From: Balanoglossus misakiensis
Taxonomy: Eukaryota > Animalia > Hemichordata
Assembly (NCBI GenBank): GCA_040954595.2
Contig: CM082579.2
Coordinates: 12,091,834 to 12,155,833 of the forward strand
Direction: 5' to 3'
Length of the DNA stretch: 64,000 nucleotides
Part shown: in pieces, positions 51,754 to 63,522 of the stretch
Layout: the number at the start of each line of letters is the position of its first letter
How positions within the stretch are numbered: the stretch's first letter is position 1
The notes under the pieces: model-generated
Seen by the model: only the letters and a program-made list of their open reading frames with translations
Database searches by the model: none
What the model was told of the DNA's origin: nothing
Position numbers and translations under genes: made by a program

Positions 51754-52065
51754 AGCAATAAAACACCCCCAGCCATGGTATACCACGAGATTTTGACCAG
51801 TTCACGACATATACGCACAAGCGATAGCGAGTGCGTATATGGAGTTGAACTGGTCAAAATCGAGTGGTATACCATGGCGGGGGGTGTTTTATTGCTATTA
51901 TATCATGCCAGTATATTGAATTTTTGCATGAAACATTTTAAAAAGGCATTTTCTTTGACTATGATATATGACTGTGGTATGTGACGAATATATCACAGTC
52001 ACATGTCGTGTCTCGACCAATAAAATAGCGTGATTTACACCATCAATATACTGGTATAATATAAT
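51754..52065 (+). mobile_element. Crypton-A/Eulor5-6-like hairpin element inserted in one copy of a local duplication
   Basis: TTAAGCAATAA start; hairpin 51754-51896 closes with TTATTGCTATTAT; second inverted pair 51897-51919 / 52043-52065; empty site visible at 51355-51366. Confidence 0.8.
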
Positions 52066-53643
52066 TACACTTATTGAACAATACAAAACTTATCAATGAG
52101 ATATTTACGTCTTTTAAAAGTTTTCGATATTTTATACACATACAGTTTTCAGTTATTATACATTTGAACGTTCATCTTTTTCCCCAATGTTTGGAGGTCT
52201 TTAATATTGAACTTTATCCAAAGGCTTTATCAAATGAGACTTTAATTTGCTTTTGCTTGACAAGTCTTTGGGGATCTACAATGTATTTTTCCCAGTAGCT
52301 GTAACTGATGAGGTTTCCTTCAAGTCCAGAATAGTTTCCTGTGATCAGTACATTAGTCACTTTTGGCACAACTTGTGTGTGCAGAGTTCAACAATTTGAT
52401 AGTTACTGATTTTGTCCTTCCTATTTTAATATGGAAATTATGATTTTGCATTTGCTTGCCATAGTAAAGTGGTAATATTTATGGAACTCAGTTTAGATGA
52501 GATTTATTCTCATATAAATGAAGTTCAACTATCTGTAACATTTGATGACTTTTCCATTTATTTTCGTCTCTGTATGAACCAGGATTTCTTGTGTTCATAA
52601 TCAGCATTGTTATTATTAACATTTGTATTCTAGTCCAGAATTGAATGCATTTGCCAATAATAACAATGTTCTGTACCAACGGTTTCATTATCTATACTAA
52701 TATAGAACTGTTATGATTTACTGAGAACACTGTATTTGATCAGTGATGAACTACTAATATTTGTCAGTTTTACCTGAAACTTACAATACAAAATTGTGCT
52801 TGATGCCAGTTAGCATATTCATTTGAAAGTTAGATTTTCAAGAGGCATTTATTTAAATACAATCGTTTGTGAATCTGTATACCTACGCTTTCCCAGAGGG
52901 TTTCCCTTACTTGAAAAAAAGGGTTTTACCTCTGGGTTTTGGTGCGGGGTAAATTTTCAGTTCATCCAATAAAGTACATGAACCGCTACTCATGTAAAAG
53001 TTTGTGTATGTGTATAACTTTGAATATGGTATTTGGTATGCAGGCCTGTTGGAGTAGGTATGGAGACTAAAGTAGAGTGGGTTATGTGACTATATGTGTA
53101 GAGAGCTGGTGGGTTTTGTGCGGCCGTCAACAGTATAAACTAGGAAACGGTAGCATGTAGCCCAGTGATAGTTGGTGTGTAGATGTGATGTGGTACATAT
53201 GTGGCAAGATGTGAACTTGTCAACATGAATGTGCAAATCAACATGGGAACCCCCCAAAATGGAAATATTACATTAACACCCTCTGGGAAGCTGAATTCAG
53301 GGGGAGTGAACCACACATGTTTTGTGGAATGTTGGTGGAGAGCAACATTAGTGGAATAGCAAAGCTGTTCTGTCAATACCCCCTAGTTGCAAATTCATTA
53401 GCACCTAACTGAACAAATGGGACATGTAAAATGCATATGAGGAATGTAATGGGAGAGGGCAACATGGTGCATGAGAATAGCATCAGTGATGGTTCATCAT
53501 AGCCCTCCTTTCAGTGATGACCTAGTATGATTCAAGCGGGAGTTTAACATTTATCATAAATTTGCATTCAAGTGGGGCTTTCTCATCACACAGAATAGCC
53601 ATGACTAACATGTAGTCAGCCAGCGGTTCGCTGTACACCGTAT

Positions 53644-54129
53644 ATGAGCCAGTATAGGTTTACCTCCCCCCCCCCCCCCCCCCCTTTGGGGAAATTTTTT
53701 AGACAATGTTTTTCTGAAAGCCTATCATATACTGAGTAAAATTCACTTTGTTTGCCATCTGGGCACCGGGGCGTTTTCGAGTTATTGGCTTCTAAATTAT
53801 ATTGGGTAACGTATGCAGGAAACCCTAAAAGTGCATATAAATTGATGTAGTGGGGTAAATTAGTCTTGTAAAATACTGTCTCTCTGAACGTATACCTAGA
53901 ACAACAGGGAAGTATTTGGTATCAAAAGAAAGCTTAATAAACAAGCTTTCCATTAATTACAAAACAAAAGTGATATGACAAATCATGACATCATAGTGAC
54001 GTCATAAGTCAAAATACCCTTATGAAAATGGTGTTCTGTTCACCTATAAATGTGAGGTTTTGCAAAACATGTCTCTGTGCAATTGTACTGAGGGGGGGGG
54101 GGTGGGGAGGTAAACCTATACTGGCTCAT
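53644..54129. mobile_element. MITE with 26-bp perfect TIRs (superfamily uncertain, Sola-like GAG..CTC ends)
   Basis: atgagccagtataggtttacctcccc / ggggaggtaaacctatactggctcat; no clean TSD. Confidence 0.7.
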
Positions 54130-54219
54130 GGTCTAGATGTGCCCTCAACTGTTTAGGAGATGCACCATATGGTGTTGTGTAGCAAGTTTCATTTGACCAT
54201 TGAGGGCGCACATTCAATC

Positions 54220-54319
54220 AGAATACACCGGTTATCGTCCGATCACCGAAGTTAAGCTTCGTTGGGCGTGGTTAGTACTTGGATGGGTGACCGCCTGGGA
54301 ATACCACGTGCCGTAGGCA
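54220..54319 (+). pseudogene. 5'-truncated 5S rRNA copy (variant A)
   Basis: Matches the 55336 gene from its nt ~20 onward with 2 substitutions; same downstream spacer. Confidence 0.85.
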
Positions 54320-55335
54320 TGAATTTATATTTTTCTTTTCTCTTAACATTTGCATTAAATAGTCTTCCTTTTTTTTGTCGTCGCTAACGTTCATTTTTTA
54401 ATTATTTTTATTTCTCCAAATTCTTTAATTCCAGGATCATTTTTTGTAGAACATAAGTTCATAAACCGTTCTCTCCCGTATAGGCCTAAGCTATAGTCGG
54501 TCGATCGGCAACATACAAATTACCAGGTCGGGCTCGGAGTGAGTAGTGTTGGCTTACGTTGAGTTTATTGTCGCAGAAATTCATGCAGTCTTCATTTGGT
54601 TGTTTTCAAACTTTCCTATTAGGCCTAAATAGTTTTCTTATTTTTGTCGTCATAAACATCAACTTCTTTCTTTCTTCAAATTCAGGATTTCTCTAACTGC
54701 CTCAATTCCATGATCATTCAAGTTTTTTGCAGAACATAGCAAGACAAACCGTTCGTTCTCGTGCTGTCTACTGTGTCTTAGTAGACTAAAGCTTCATGTA
54801 GGTTAATTTAGATATGGGCGGTAATTAATTGCAATTAGGGGCCTAATAAACAGAGGGTGGTCTAAAAGATATCGTTGGTGGTGCTATCACGGACAGCCAG
54901 GGTCACGATGGGGTCACGTACGTCTATATGATACCGCAAACAAGTCAACTCTGCGCTAAATTCAACCTGTCCGCCGGACTGGTAACTTTTTTTTCTACCA
55001 GTCTGGTGGAAAAACAACCAGTCTCAGACTGTCGGACAGGCGTTATTTCGAACTCTGTGTTTTGTATAACATAACAAGACAAACCCGTTCTCTCCAATAG
55101 GCCTATACAGGGACGGTCGATCGGCCACACACAAATTATCAGGTCATTATTTCTCCACTGAAATACTTTGATTCCATGATCACTTTTTGTTGGATAAAAC
55201 AAGACAAAACCGCTCTCTCCCATGAGGGTCGGTTGATCAGCCAGCCCCGCACACAAATTATCGTGCCGCGTAGTCTGTGTGTGTGTTGGTGAAGCTTCCG
55301 TTAGCCTAATACTCGCAAAAATTCAAGCTGTCTTT

Positions 55336-55454
55336 GCCTACGGCCATACCACGTAGAATACACCGGTTCTCGTCCGATCACCGAAGTTAAGCTGCGTTGG
55401 GCGTGGTTAGTACTTGGATGGGTGACCGCCTGGGAATACCACGTGCCGTAGGCA
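55336..55454 (+). rRNA. 5S rRNA gene (canonical variant A)
   Basis: GCCTACGGCCATACCACG...CCGATCACCGAAGTTAAGC...GGTTAGTACTTGGATGGGTGACCGCCTGGGAATACC...GTAGGC; T-run 11 nt downstream. Confidence 0.95.
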
Positions 55455-55921
55455 TGAATTTATATTTTTCTTTTCTCTTAACATTTGCATTAAATAGTCT
55501 TCCTTTTTTTTTGTCGTCGCTAACGTTCATTTTTTAATTATTTTTATTTCTCCAAATTCTTTAATTCCAGGATCATTTTTTGTAGAACATAAGTTCATAA
55601 ACCGTTCTCTCCCTTATAGGCCTAAGCTATAGTCGGTCGATCGGCAACATACAAATTACCAGGTCGATATCGTTGGTGGTGCTATCACGGACAGCCAGGG
55701 TCACGATGGGGTCACGTACGTATATGATACCGCAAACAAGTCAACTCTGCGCTAAATTCAACCTGTCCGCCGGACTGGTAACTTTTTTATCTACCAGTCT
55801 GGTGGAAAAACAACCATTCTTAGACTGTCGGACAGGCGTTATTTCGAACTCTGTGTTTTGCATAACATAACAAGACAAACCCGTTCTCTCCAATAGGCCT
55901 ATACAGGGACGATCGATGGGC

Positions 55922-55940
55922 TAGTCTCGGTTACCCAGAC
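55922..55940 (+). mobile_element. Single terminus of an AcademH-like element that truncates the 5S spacer
   Basis: tagtctcggttacccagac, identical to the TIR at 28437; partner end not found. Confidence 0.7.
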
Positions 55941-56005
55941 TCTCTTACTCTTTCTCTCGTCTCCAGAGGGCGCTGCGCGTGAATTAGAGTCTGTGATTAC
56001 TGCAG

Positions 56006-56514
56006 GGGTGCGTTCGACGTACGAAGCGTTCGGTAACGTTCGGAAACGTTTTCATGTCGAACGATCTTTTGTCATTGTTTTTCGCGAACGTTTTGTAACA
56101 ATGGAAGGCGTAAGACGGAGGTGACTCGCGGCGAACAACTCATTAATTCAAAATGGCGGACATGTAAGCCGAAGTACGACTCGCAGGGCATATTTTCGAA
56201 GAAGTTGCAGAATATTTGTCGATTTAGGTAGTGATAGTTTTACCAAGCGAAAGCTTGTATTTATTCTCAATCAATAAACCAATTCACATGGATTGTGCCG
56301 CTACTGTCTTGTGTAAAACGGTTTAAAAGTGGTATGCACTTCCGGAATCATGTCCTTGTATGCGCACCGGGACGTTCTTGCTGACGGCCGCTGTCTCTGA
56401 AAAGCCAAAGGTCATTGACAGCGCCCTCTTGTGAGAGGCAAGCTTATCGTTCGACGAAGTACAAAAGCGCCCGGCGCAAGCATTCACAAAACGCTTTGTG
56501 CGTCGAACGCACCC
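56006..56514. mobile_element. Harbinger-type MITE with CAG TSD
   Basis: TIRs gggtgcgttcgacgtacgaagcgtt / aacgctttgtgcgtcgaacgcaccc; CAG at 56003-56005 and 56515-56517. Confidence 0.75.
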
Positions 56515-57657
56515 CAGGTTAAATTTTCCGTGCCGGAAGCGTCTTTTACTAATCGAACGGTGCACCCTGGATCCAATAACAAAATCGCAGGGAATAGAGG
56601 AATGAATCTTGTTGTTGTTGTTGTTGTTGTTGATGATAAAAACATTTTTAAAAAAATGAATGTGTCATTTCCTGCTACCGTAATCGTGGAAAACACGGCC
56701 TAGGTCGCCCAACGTCACTCGTGGAAAACATGACCTAGGTCGGCCAACGTCACAGTGTCAGTGGTGGTTGCATTGTCACGAACCATCACCGCCACTGGAC
56801 CAATTCATGTGGGGGGTTGCACACTTATACACAAACGACAAAACTGCTAAATAATAAAATATTCAGTAAGTTTAGATTCTATAATGGGGAAAATATGATG
56901 ATCCTTCAAAAATACTTATTGTTGAGGCCATTTTACAAAGATCTACGAACACTGGCAAAAGCTCAAAGAGGTGCTAGATAGAGGGCGCTTTTTCCAAAAA
57001 TCTAGGTGGTTGACCCCCCCCCCCCCCATTTTTATTCCATAGATTATATGTTTAGAAGTCATAGTATCATCAGTATTAATTTCAACATGATCAGACAACC
57101 TTTTATTTCGAGGTGCGTAACACCTTAAATTAACACGAGGTAAGAGACATGTACAAACAAACAATATGATTTGTTTACTTTTATTTTTTCAATAATCATG
57201 CACAGCAAATTACATCATCTCATCAACTTTGAGTGTCGGAACTGAAGACCTCGCCCACTGTGTCTAAAGGAAACAGCACGTCAAACTTTAAATGCGTACC
57301 AAATGTACAGCAGAACAAAATAAAGTTCACCATTGTTTGCTATTTGGGATCTGTATATCAACTACAGTTTACAATTCAACTCCAAACAGCAACTGGAATA
57401 CTGAACATAGCAAATTTATCTTTACAGCCCAAGGTGCAACTGCCACACTATAAACAATAGCTTTAAAACTGGACTAAGTTCAGCTGTCCACATATATTTA
57501 TGCAATATTGTGGGTGGGAGTATTATACATCACTGGACTTGTCTACATGACAGATAAATGTCAGCAATTAGGCCATACATACATCAAGATTGCCTGCAAT
57601 GAATTTGATAGGTCAGATAACATCAATCACAATCATGCCAAACTGGGACTGCACTTA

Positions 57658-57952
57658 GGGACCGTTCAGTTTTTACGACTGACCCCCACCCCCTTCACCC
57701 AATTTATAATTGAAGTATATAATAGTATATCGTTGCAATGAAGAAATCTAAGAATAAATTAAAATGACAAGTGAATACGATAGTTGGTAGGCTGCGAAAC
57801 TGCAATTTTGTGTACTCAAAAGCAGAAGTTCGGTGGTAAGTATGTGACCACCCCCCCCCTAAACGTTTTTAAAAAATGACCCCTTCTTTTGGAATTGACC
57901 CCCCCCCCCGTGGATTTTGCCGCTCCCCCAGCCATAAAAACTTAACGGTCCC
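57658..57952. mobile_element. PIF/Harbinger-type MITE with TTA TSD
   Basis: TIRs gggaccgttcagttttta / taaaaacttaacggtccc; TTA on both sides; internal part matches 66-160. Confidence 0.75.
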
Positions 57953-58891
57953 TTAACCATGCAGGTTAATAAACCTGCAAATGTCAAGAGAGGGGGGGGG
58001 GATTCACAGTTTGCCAGATTAAAACCACAGGTGTGAACGTGTTGGGTGTGTATAATAGGGCAAATACAACGCACCCTTCAGCATTGCCATGTTAATCACT
58101 GTCTACCAACAGAGTTACGCTAAAGTTTTATTTCACAGGATTTGGAAATAAAACCAGGTTATGTATTGTCGTTGCTCATACATTTTGTATTTTAAGAAAT
58201 ATGCTCTGTATTATTTGGCATGACATACTTTCAAATTTTACCAACATGTTCTAGGGGGTTTAATGTAATGTAATGTAATGGCAAATGGACACTCCCATAA
58301 TTGCCAGAAGGTTTCAGGAATTATGCTACAATAAAAACACTATTAAAATACAGTACAGAAAATTAGACAAAATATACAGACAAGCATTACCTTCTACAAA
58401 AACTGGCTATGTTGCATTGTATTGTTTATAAAAATAAAATGTTTTTCATAAATATTTTTGTTATAAAAATGAGTCGAGTTAATTAACACAAAGGCATATT
58501 GTTTCAGTTTGAAGTACACAGGATCCTTAACATTGCAAAACACTGTTTGGACTTGATATTCACCTTTGAATCAACAGTGGACATTTGGTCTTCGTACCTC
58601 TCCATATACAGCTCTGAAAATTATTCAGCAATCAGACAGTCTAACTGGTGCTACCGTATACAGGGTTGTAATAAAGGTACACACATGTACGAAATTAATC
58701 TGACCCTCATAACATGCTGGGGCAAAGTGCATGCAAGATGTTGTACTGGAATCTGCAGAACAATATTAAATATCCACCATGTTTAAGAAATAATTATATA
58801 TTATCCCAGTACTATCATTTGCACTCCTAAAATTAAATACTGGAAGACTACCAAAACCAGTGGCATATTCATTATGACTCTGACAGATCTA

Positions 58892-61800
58892 TCAGACTGG
58901 TACATCCGTTGCCAGCAATACTCTGTTTTCCCTAAATTCTTCATCACAACCTCTGCTCGTATCATGGCTGTCATCTTCTACAAGTCCTATTCCAGGCTCT
59001 CCATTACAACACTTTTCCACATCATTATCAGTTTTACTGTCATCGCCAGCAAAGCAGACCTCTCTAGATGATGTGCATGTTGGCCCCAGTTCATCCATTG
59101 GTATCAACTGTTGGCAGCATCCGTCGACGACCATTAATCCTCTCACTGTAGCAACAATTGGCTGACTCTGGAGTTCATGGTCATGGGATTTTCCACACAG
59201 TTGTCCTCTGCGGCATTTGTACCGGTATACCAGCACAATTACGGAAATTATTACCACTGCAGGAATACCGGTAACCAACCATAGGCCGGTGCGACTAAAG
59301 ATACGGTTATGATCACTTGCCTGAATCACACTTGCAGACACCTCTTTTAAACTTGCAAGTCCAGGTGTTGTTGTCATTTTTGACTGTGGTAGATTCACCA
59401 TGACAGTATCTGCAATGATATACAATGACAGAATAAGATTAAAGACTTTTACACTGAAGAGGTGATTGGAGTGTCTGGATAAAGGTTACAGCAACAAAAA
59501 ATGCGTAGAACACCATGGAGGTACTTAGTACATCCATGAGAACACTAACAACATCCGCCTTACAAATTAACTGCAAAATGGATGACCTCCGGTCAAAAAG
59601 ACTTACTAAAATAGCCCTTAAAAGTATAAATTTGCAATTTCACCACACTTCAAACAGTTTTACATAGTTCATACCTAGAAACCTGCATACACAATTTCGA
59701 AGCGATTGGATAAGCAATTTCAGAGCAGAGTTTAAAAAAAAAAAACAATAAAAACATCCCAAAAAAGACAAATATGCAAATTTCACCCTTAGGGACCTGC
59801 ATACCAAAAAACCGGACAAGCACTTTTAAAAACCGAATCATAGCTATTACACTCAAATAATAGCTTCAGCAATATAGTCATTTTCATTAAATTTCCAACA
59901 AAAATACCCAGGAGTACACAGTAAAGGGTACTTAACTACCAGTAAATATATCAAGAAAAAACAATAATCTTACCGGTACTTGAAATTGGATCAAAGTGAC
60001 CCAAACCAACCAATGCTTCATGGTGTGGCATTGGATGTTGATGAGGTGGAGGATAAGGAGTATTTCTGATGGGCATACATCGGTGATCTTCAGGAACCTC
60101 TGGCACGTCACAAGCTGATTGGTAAAATACGAATCCTTCAAAGCAGTAGCTACACTGTTCACACGTATCAGTCAGGTCTTCATAGAAATAACCTACAAAA
60201 ATATACATTTACATGTACAATGTAAATCCAGCAACGGGTAAATATTTTCTGTGTATGTGTCAATTACCCTGGTATGAACTAGCTGGTAATGTCTTGAATT
60301 TCGTGAAGTGACGACCTGAGTTTCCCAGTAGATGGAAATGAAAGAGAGATCATCATAAGTTCCAAGTACTGAACTATATCAAAGTCGTTAATACCCTGAG
60401 AATGGTCATTTATTTTTAAAAGTGAGACGTATGCACACAAAGGGTGGCCTAATTCACATGGAGCCTTTTATTTTGTTGATTCTCAATATAGTCTTGTCAT
60501 ATACATGTACATGTATATGATTATAATACATGAGCACTAAGTCACTGTTGGCGTTAAACTAGGTTGGTAGCTGTAAGTTGTAAGACTTATTCAAGTAACA
60601 GGAAGGACTGTTACACAGCAAATATGATCAGTTTTAAGTAGATACATTTCAAGTACCTGGAACTTTGGGCTATTTTCTCAGTATTTGATTTATTTACTGG
60701 GGCATTATAACTGTGGTTTAATTCTTTGTTCTACCCAATAAAACATAGCACGTTCATATCAAAAATGAAATTACTGAAATGGCAGTGATAAATAAACTGG
60801 AATCTTCCTCTTATGGCTCATAAATATGTGATAGCTTTCAAATTTAATTATGATGATCATTCTTCTTCGACATAATCAGACTGATCAAGATCTGAGATTG
60901 CTTTCCAAACTCAAATTCACAACTAGAATTAATATGGTACTGTACCAGGTAAACTTTGATCACAAAGAGCTATTGATATGATGGAACTGAAACCCAACTT
61001 GTATCAACTAATAAAAGTTTAAGTGTTATGATAATAATTTTGAACCAACAATAGTTTCATATTTGTACCGGTACATGCATGGATTTGACACCGAAACTGA
61101 TAGGGAGAAAATTACAGAATAAACGAACAGATAAACTTCAGCTATGAACAACTTATGAATTCTGTGAAATAAATATGATGTCAATGTAAATGTGTATTAC
61201 ACAATGTAAATTTGTGCTACATAATAGATTAGAAGGTATAATTTACCATTTTATTTTCATTTGACCCTAACGAATGCACTTTGAAATTTGAAAACTTTCA
61301 CTAATTATCATATGTTGGAATTACCAATACTTTCTAGTACAAGATTGTAGGTTCGCTTTTGTTCGTAACATTGTATACTTCATTCCAATATTTCGTGAAT
61401 CCAGTATATAAATTGGATGGTGAGTTATAAACCTTTACAATTCCTGAAAACCCCCATATTTAGTTTGAACACCATTCCATTGTGATTACTTACCCTTTTC
61501 ACACTGAGCACATCTGGCATTTCTAGTCACAGTGCAATTCTGCATGACGTTTTGATGTGGAGAGCAGTGCACACATGGTTCACACTTATCAATGTCACTG
61601 CTGACGGAAGAAAATGTCTCCCCTGGAATACAGTCTTCACACACTGGAAGGAAATGACAGACAATTGAATCAGTAAACAATATGTTTCTGTTTTCAATAT
61701 GCAGGCATTGGTGTTCTCATAACTTAAAAGTCCCTCAAAATATATACAATTTTGTCTTGAAAGAGTTTTATGTAGTTGCAAACTTGCCGGACGCACACCC

Positions 61801-62317
61801 TTCCCAAAGCAGACATCAATTTCTTAATACCGGTACATGTATTTCCTTTTCCGATATTTCTATGCTTATTGGTATACATTACTTAAGTGTGTAACCAGTG
61901 GTAATGTTACGGAGTACCTGTAGGTAAATGTTATTGGGCCTATATAGATGTTTATGTATATTATCCTCACAATGATTAATAACTGTAATAACCTAATCAG
62001 ATGTAGATCTTTCTCTGGAGATGTGATAAAAAATTGCATCAAATTTGGTTTTCAAGTCAATAGTATACATTGCACTGTGCAATATGCAAATGAGAAAACT
62101 AAATTGCAGTACAACAACCCAAATTACACTTGCAATAGTTCAAAAGCTCCTTACCTGTATCTGTGACATCTGTACACTCAGTGACAACCCCCTTTCCTTG
62201 AGGACACTTGGTACATCGTTGACATTGTGTCTCTCCAGCTGAAACCGCAACTGAGAATTTCCCTTCAGGACAGACATTACAAGTACATAGTGTACCAATA
62301 AGTGATACAATTCCAGC
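58892..62317 (-). CDS. TNF receptor superfamily member (NGFR-like cysteine-rich domains, one TM, no death domain); exons 62155-62317, 61494-61643, 59974-60192, 58892-59409; first coding exon unresolved
   Basis: CRDs CPEGKF..CQRCTKCPQGKGVVTECT..DTVCEDCIPGETFS..CEPCVHC..CTVTRNARC..CEKGYFY..CEQCSYC; phase-1 GT-AG junctions; TM GLWLVTGIPAVVIISVIVLVY followed by RYKCRR; ~110-aa tail ending DVPV. Confidence 0.88.
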
Positions 62318-63463
62318 CTGCAGGGGAAAGGACATATTAATTAGAATACATGTTGTACTTCAGAAAAAATAGAGGTAGCATCAATGTCACAACACATTCC
62401 TTGCAATAATACTGCGTCAATGTATGATAAGAGTTTTGTATTGACCAACCTTTTCCATTTGTAAATCACCAGCTACTTAAACTTATTAATATTAATTAAA
62501 TTGGGATATTATATTTAAGTGTCAAACATAAACTTTTATCAATAGGGTAATGCCCAGCCTACAACCAAGGCAAAATTGCAATGCCCCAAAAATTTTAATA
62601 GTAATACTAATTAATTGAAATAATAATCTTTTTTTCAGTTACACAGCCCATGAAGAAAGTATAAAAGAACACAAATGTTAAAAACCAGTAGAATATAGAA
62701 GATATTTAAAATACTAAAACCCTGTGGTGAGAGAGGACAAAAAGTTCTCTGTAATATATGGTATTTATGCAAAATTCTTCAAAGTTTCAACATATTTGAC
62801 TCTCACACCAAAGTTCAAAATAATTAAACACATGGCGTTTTGAAGAAGGAAAATCATAGATTCAAAAACAGTAAAGATTGTTCCAAAACACTAATATGCA
62901 AATTTCACCTCAATTTTCACAAACTCTACTTAGGTCAGCCCAATCGCAGGACTTGGTACCTGAAATGTTGAATGAGGCTCAGTTTCCTGTCATAAATTTC
63001 GACATTGTAAACAGGTCACTAGTGCAAGAGCTTTGTTTTTAACGACTTGTGGCAATTTGAAACACAGCAATTGAAGGGCACAATTAAGGTTTCATTCTTT
63101 GCAGCTTAAAATCAATATGGCCGACCCATACCGATGGCTGCAGCAACCAGAAGTAGTCATACAGGGGTCATGCAAATGGCCTATTGTTGATGGATGTACC
63201 GATGGGCTTAGAGAAGGATGGCAGACAGAAAGGCATACAGACGATGATGTACAAATTATCTGATATTAGCTCGTGCTCCTGACGCGAGGTGAAGCATTTA
63301 CGAATAACTCTGTCGATGGCAGACAACATGCAATAGGGCACCTGATACCACAGCAAGAGCAGAGTAATCACTCTTTTGAACCTTCGGTGTAAAATTTAAA
63401 GATTAAACACAAAGTAAATAAAACTTCCCTTAAGGGCAGGGCTTGTCTAAAATATTCTCACCT

Positions 63464-63522
63464 AGTTTCACTTTCACTTTCACATAATTGCATATGAAAT
63501 TCAAATGTAGTTTCACTTTCAC
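63464..63522. promoter_or_regulatory. Tandem ISRE/IRF-binding elements upstream of the TNFR exons
   Basis: AGTTTCACTTTCACTTTCAC (63464-63483) and AGTTTCACTTTCAC (63509-63522) match the ISRE consensus AGTTTCNNTTTC-type repeat (GAAAGTGAAA on the minus strand). Confidence 0.6.

Larger units (their letters stand above)
50730..52780 (-). mobile_element. Heavily decayed LINE-like region with internal duplications (51226-51560 ~ 51597-52260; 50870-50950 ~ 52318-52400)
   Basis: The duplications are directly visible; the L1/Tx1-like assignment rests on weak peptide resemblance only. Confidence 0.35.

Noticed and set aside
63132-63331. First coding exon of the TNFR gene
   Set aside because: No ATG frame ends in phase 0 at either donor and none looks like a signal peptide; it may be 5' UTR. 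The ATG at 62335 is an unproven alternative start.
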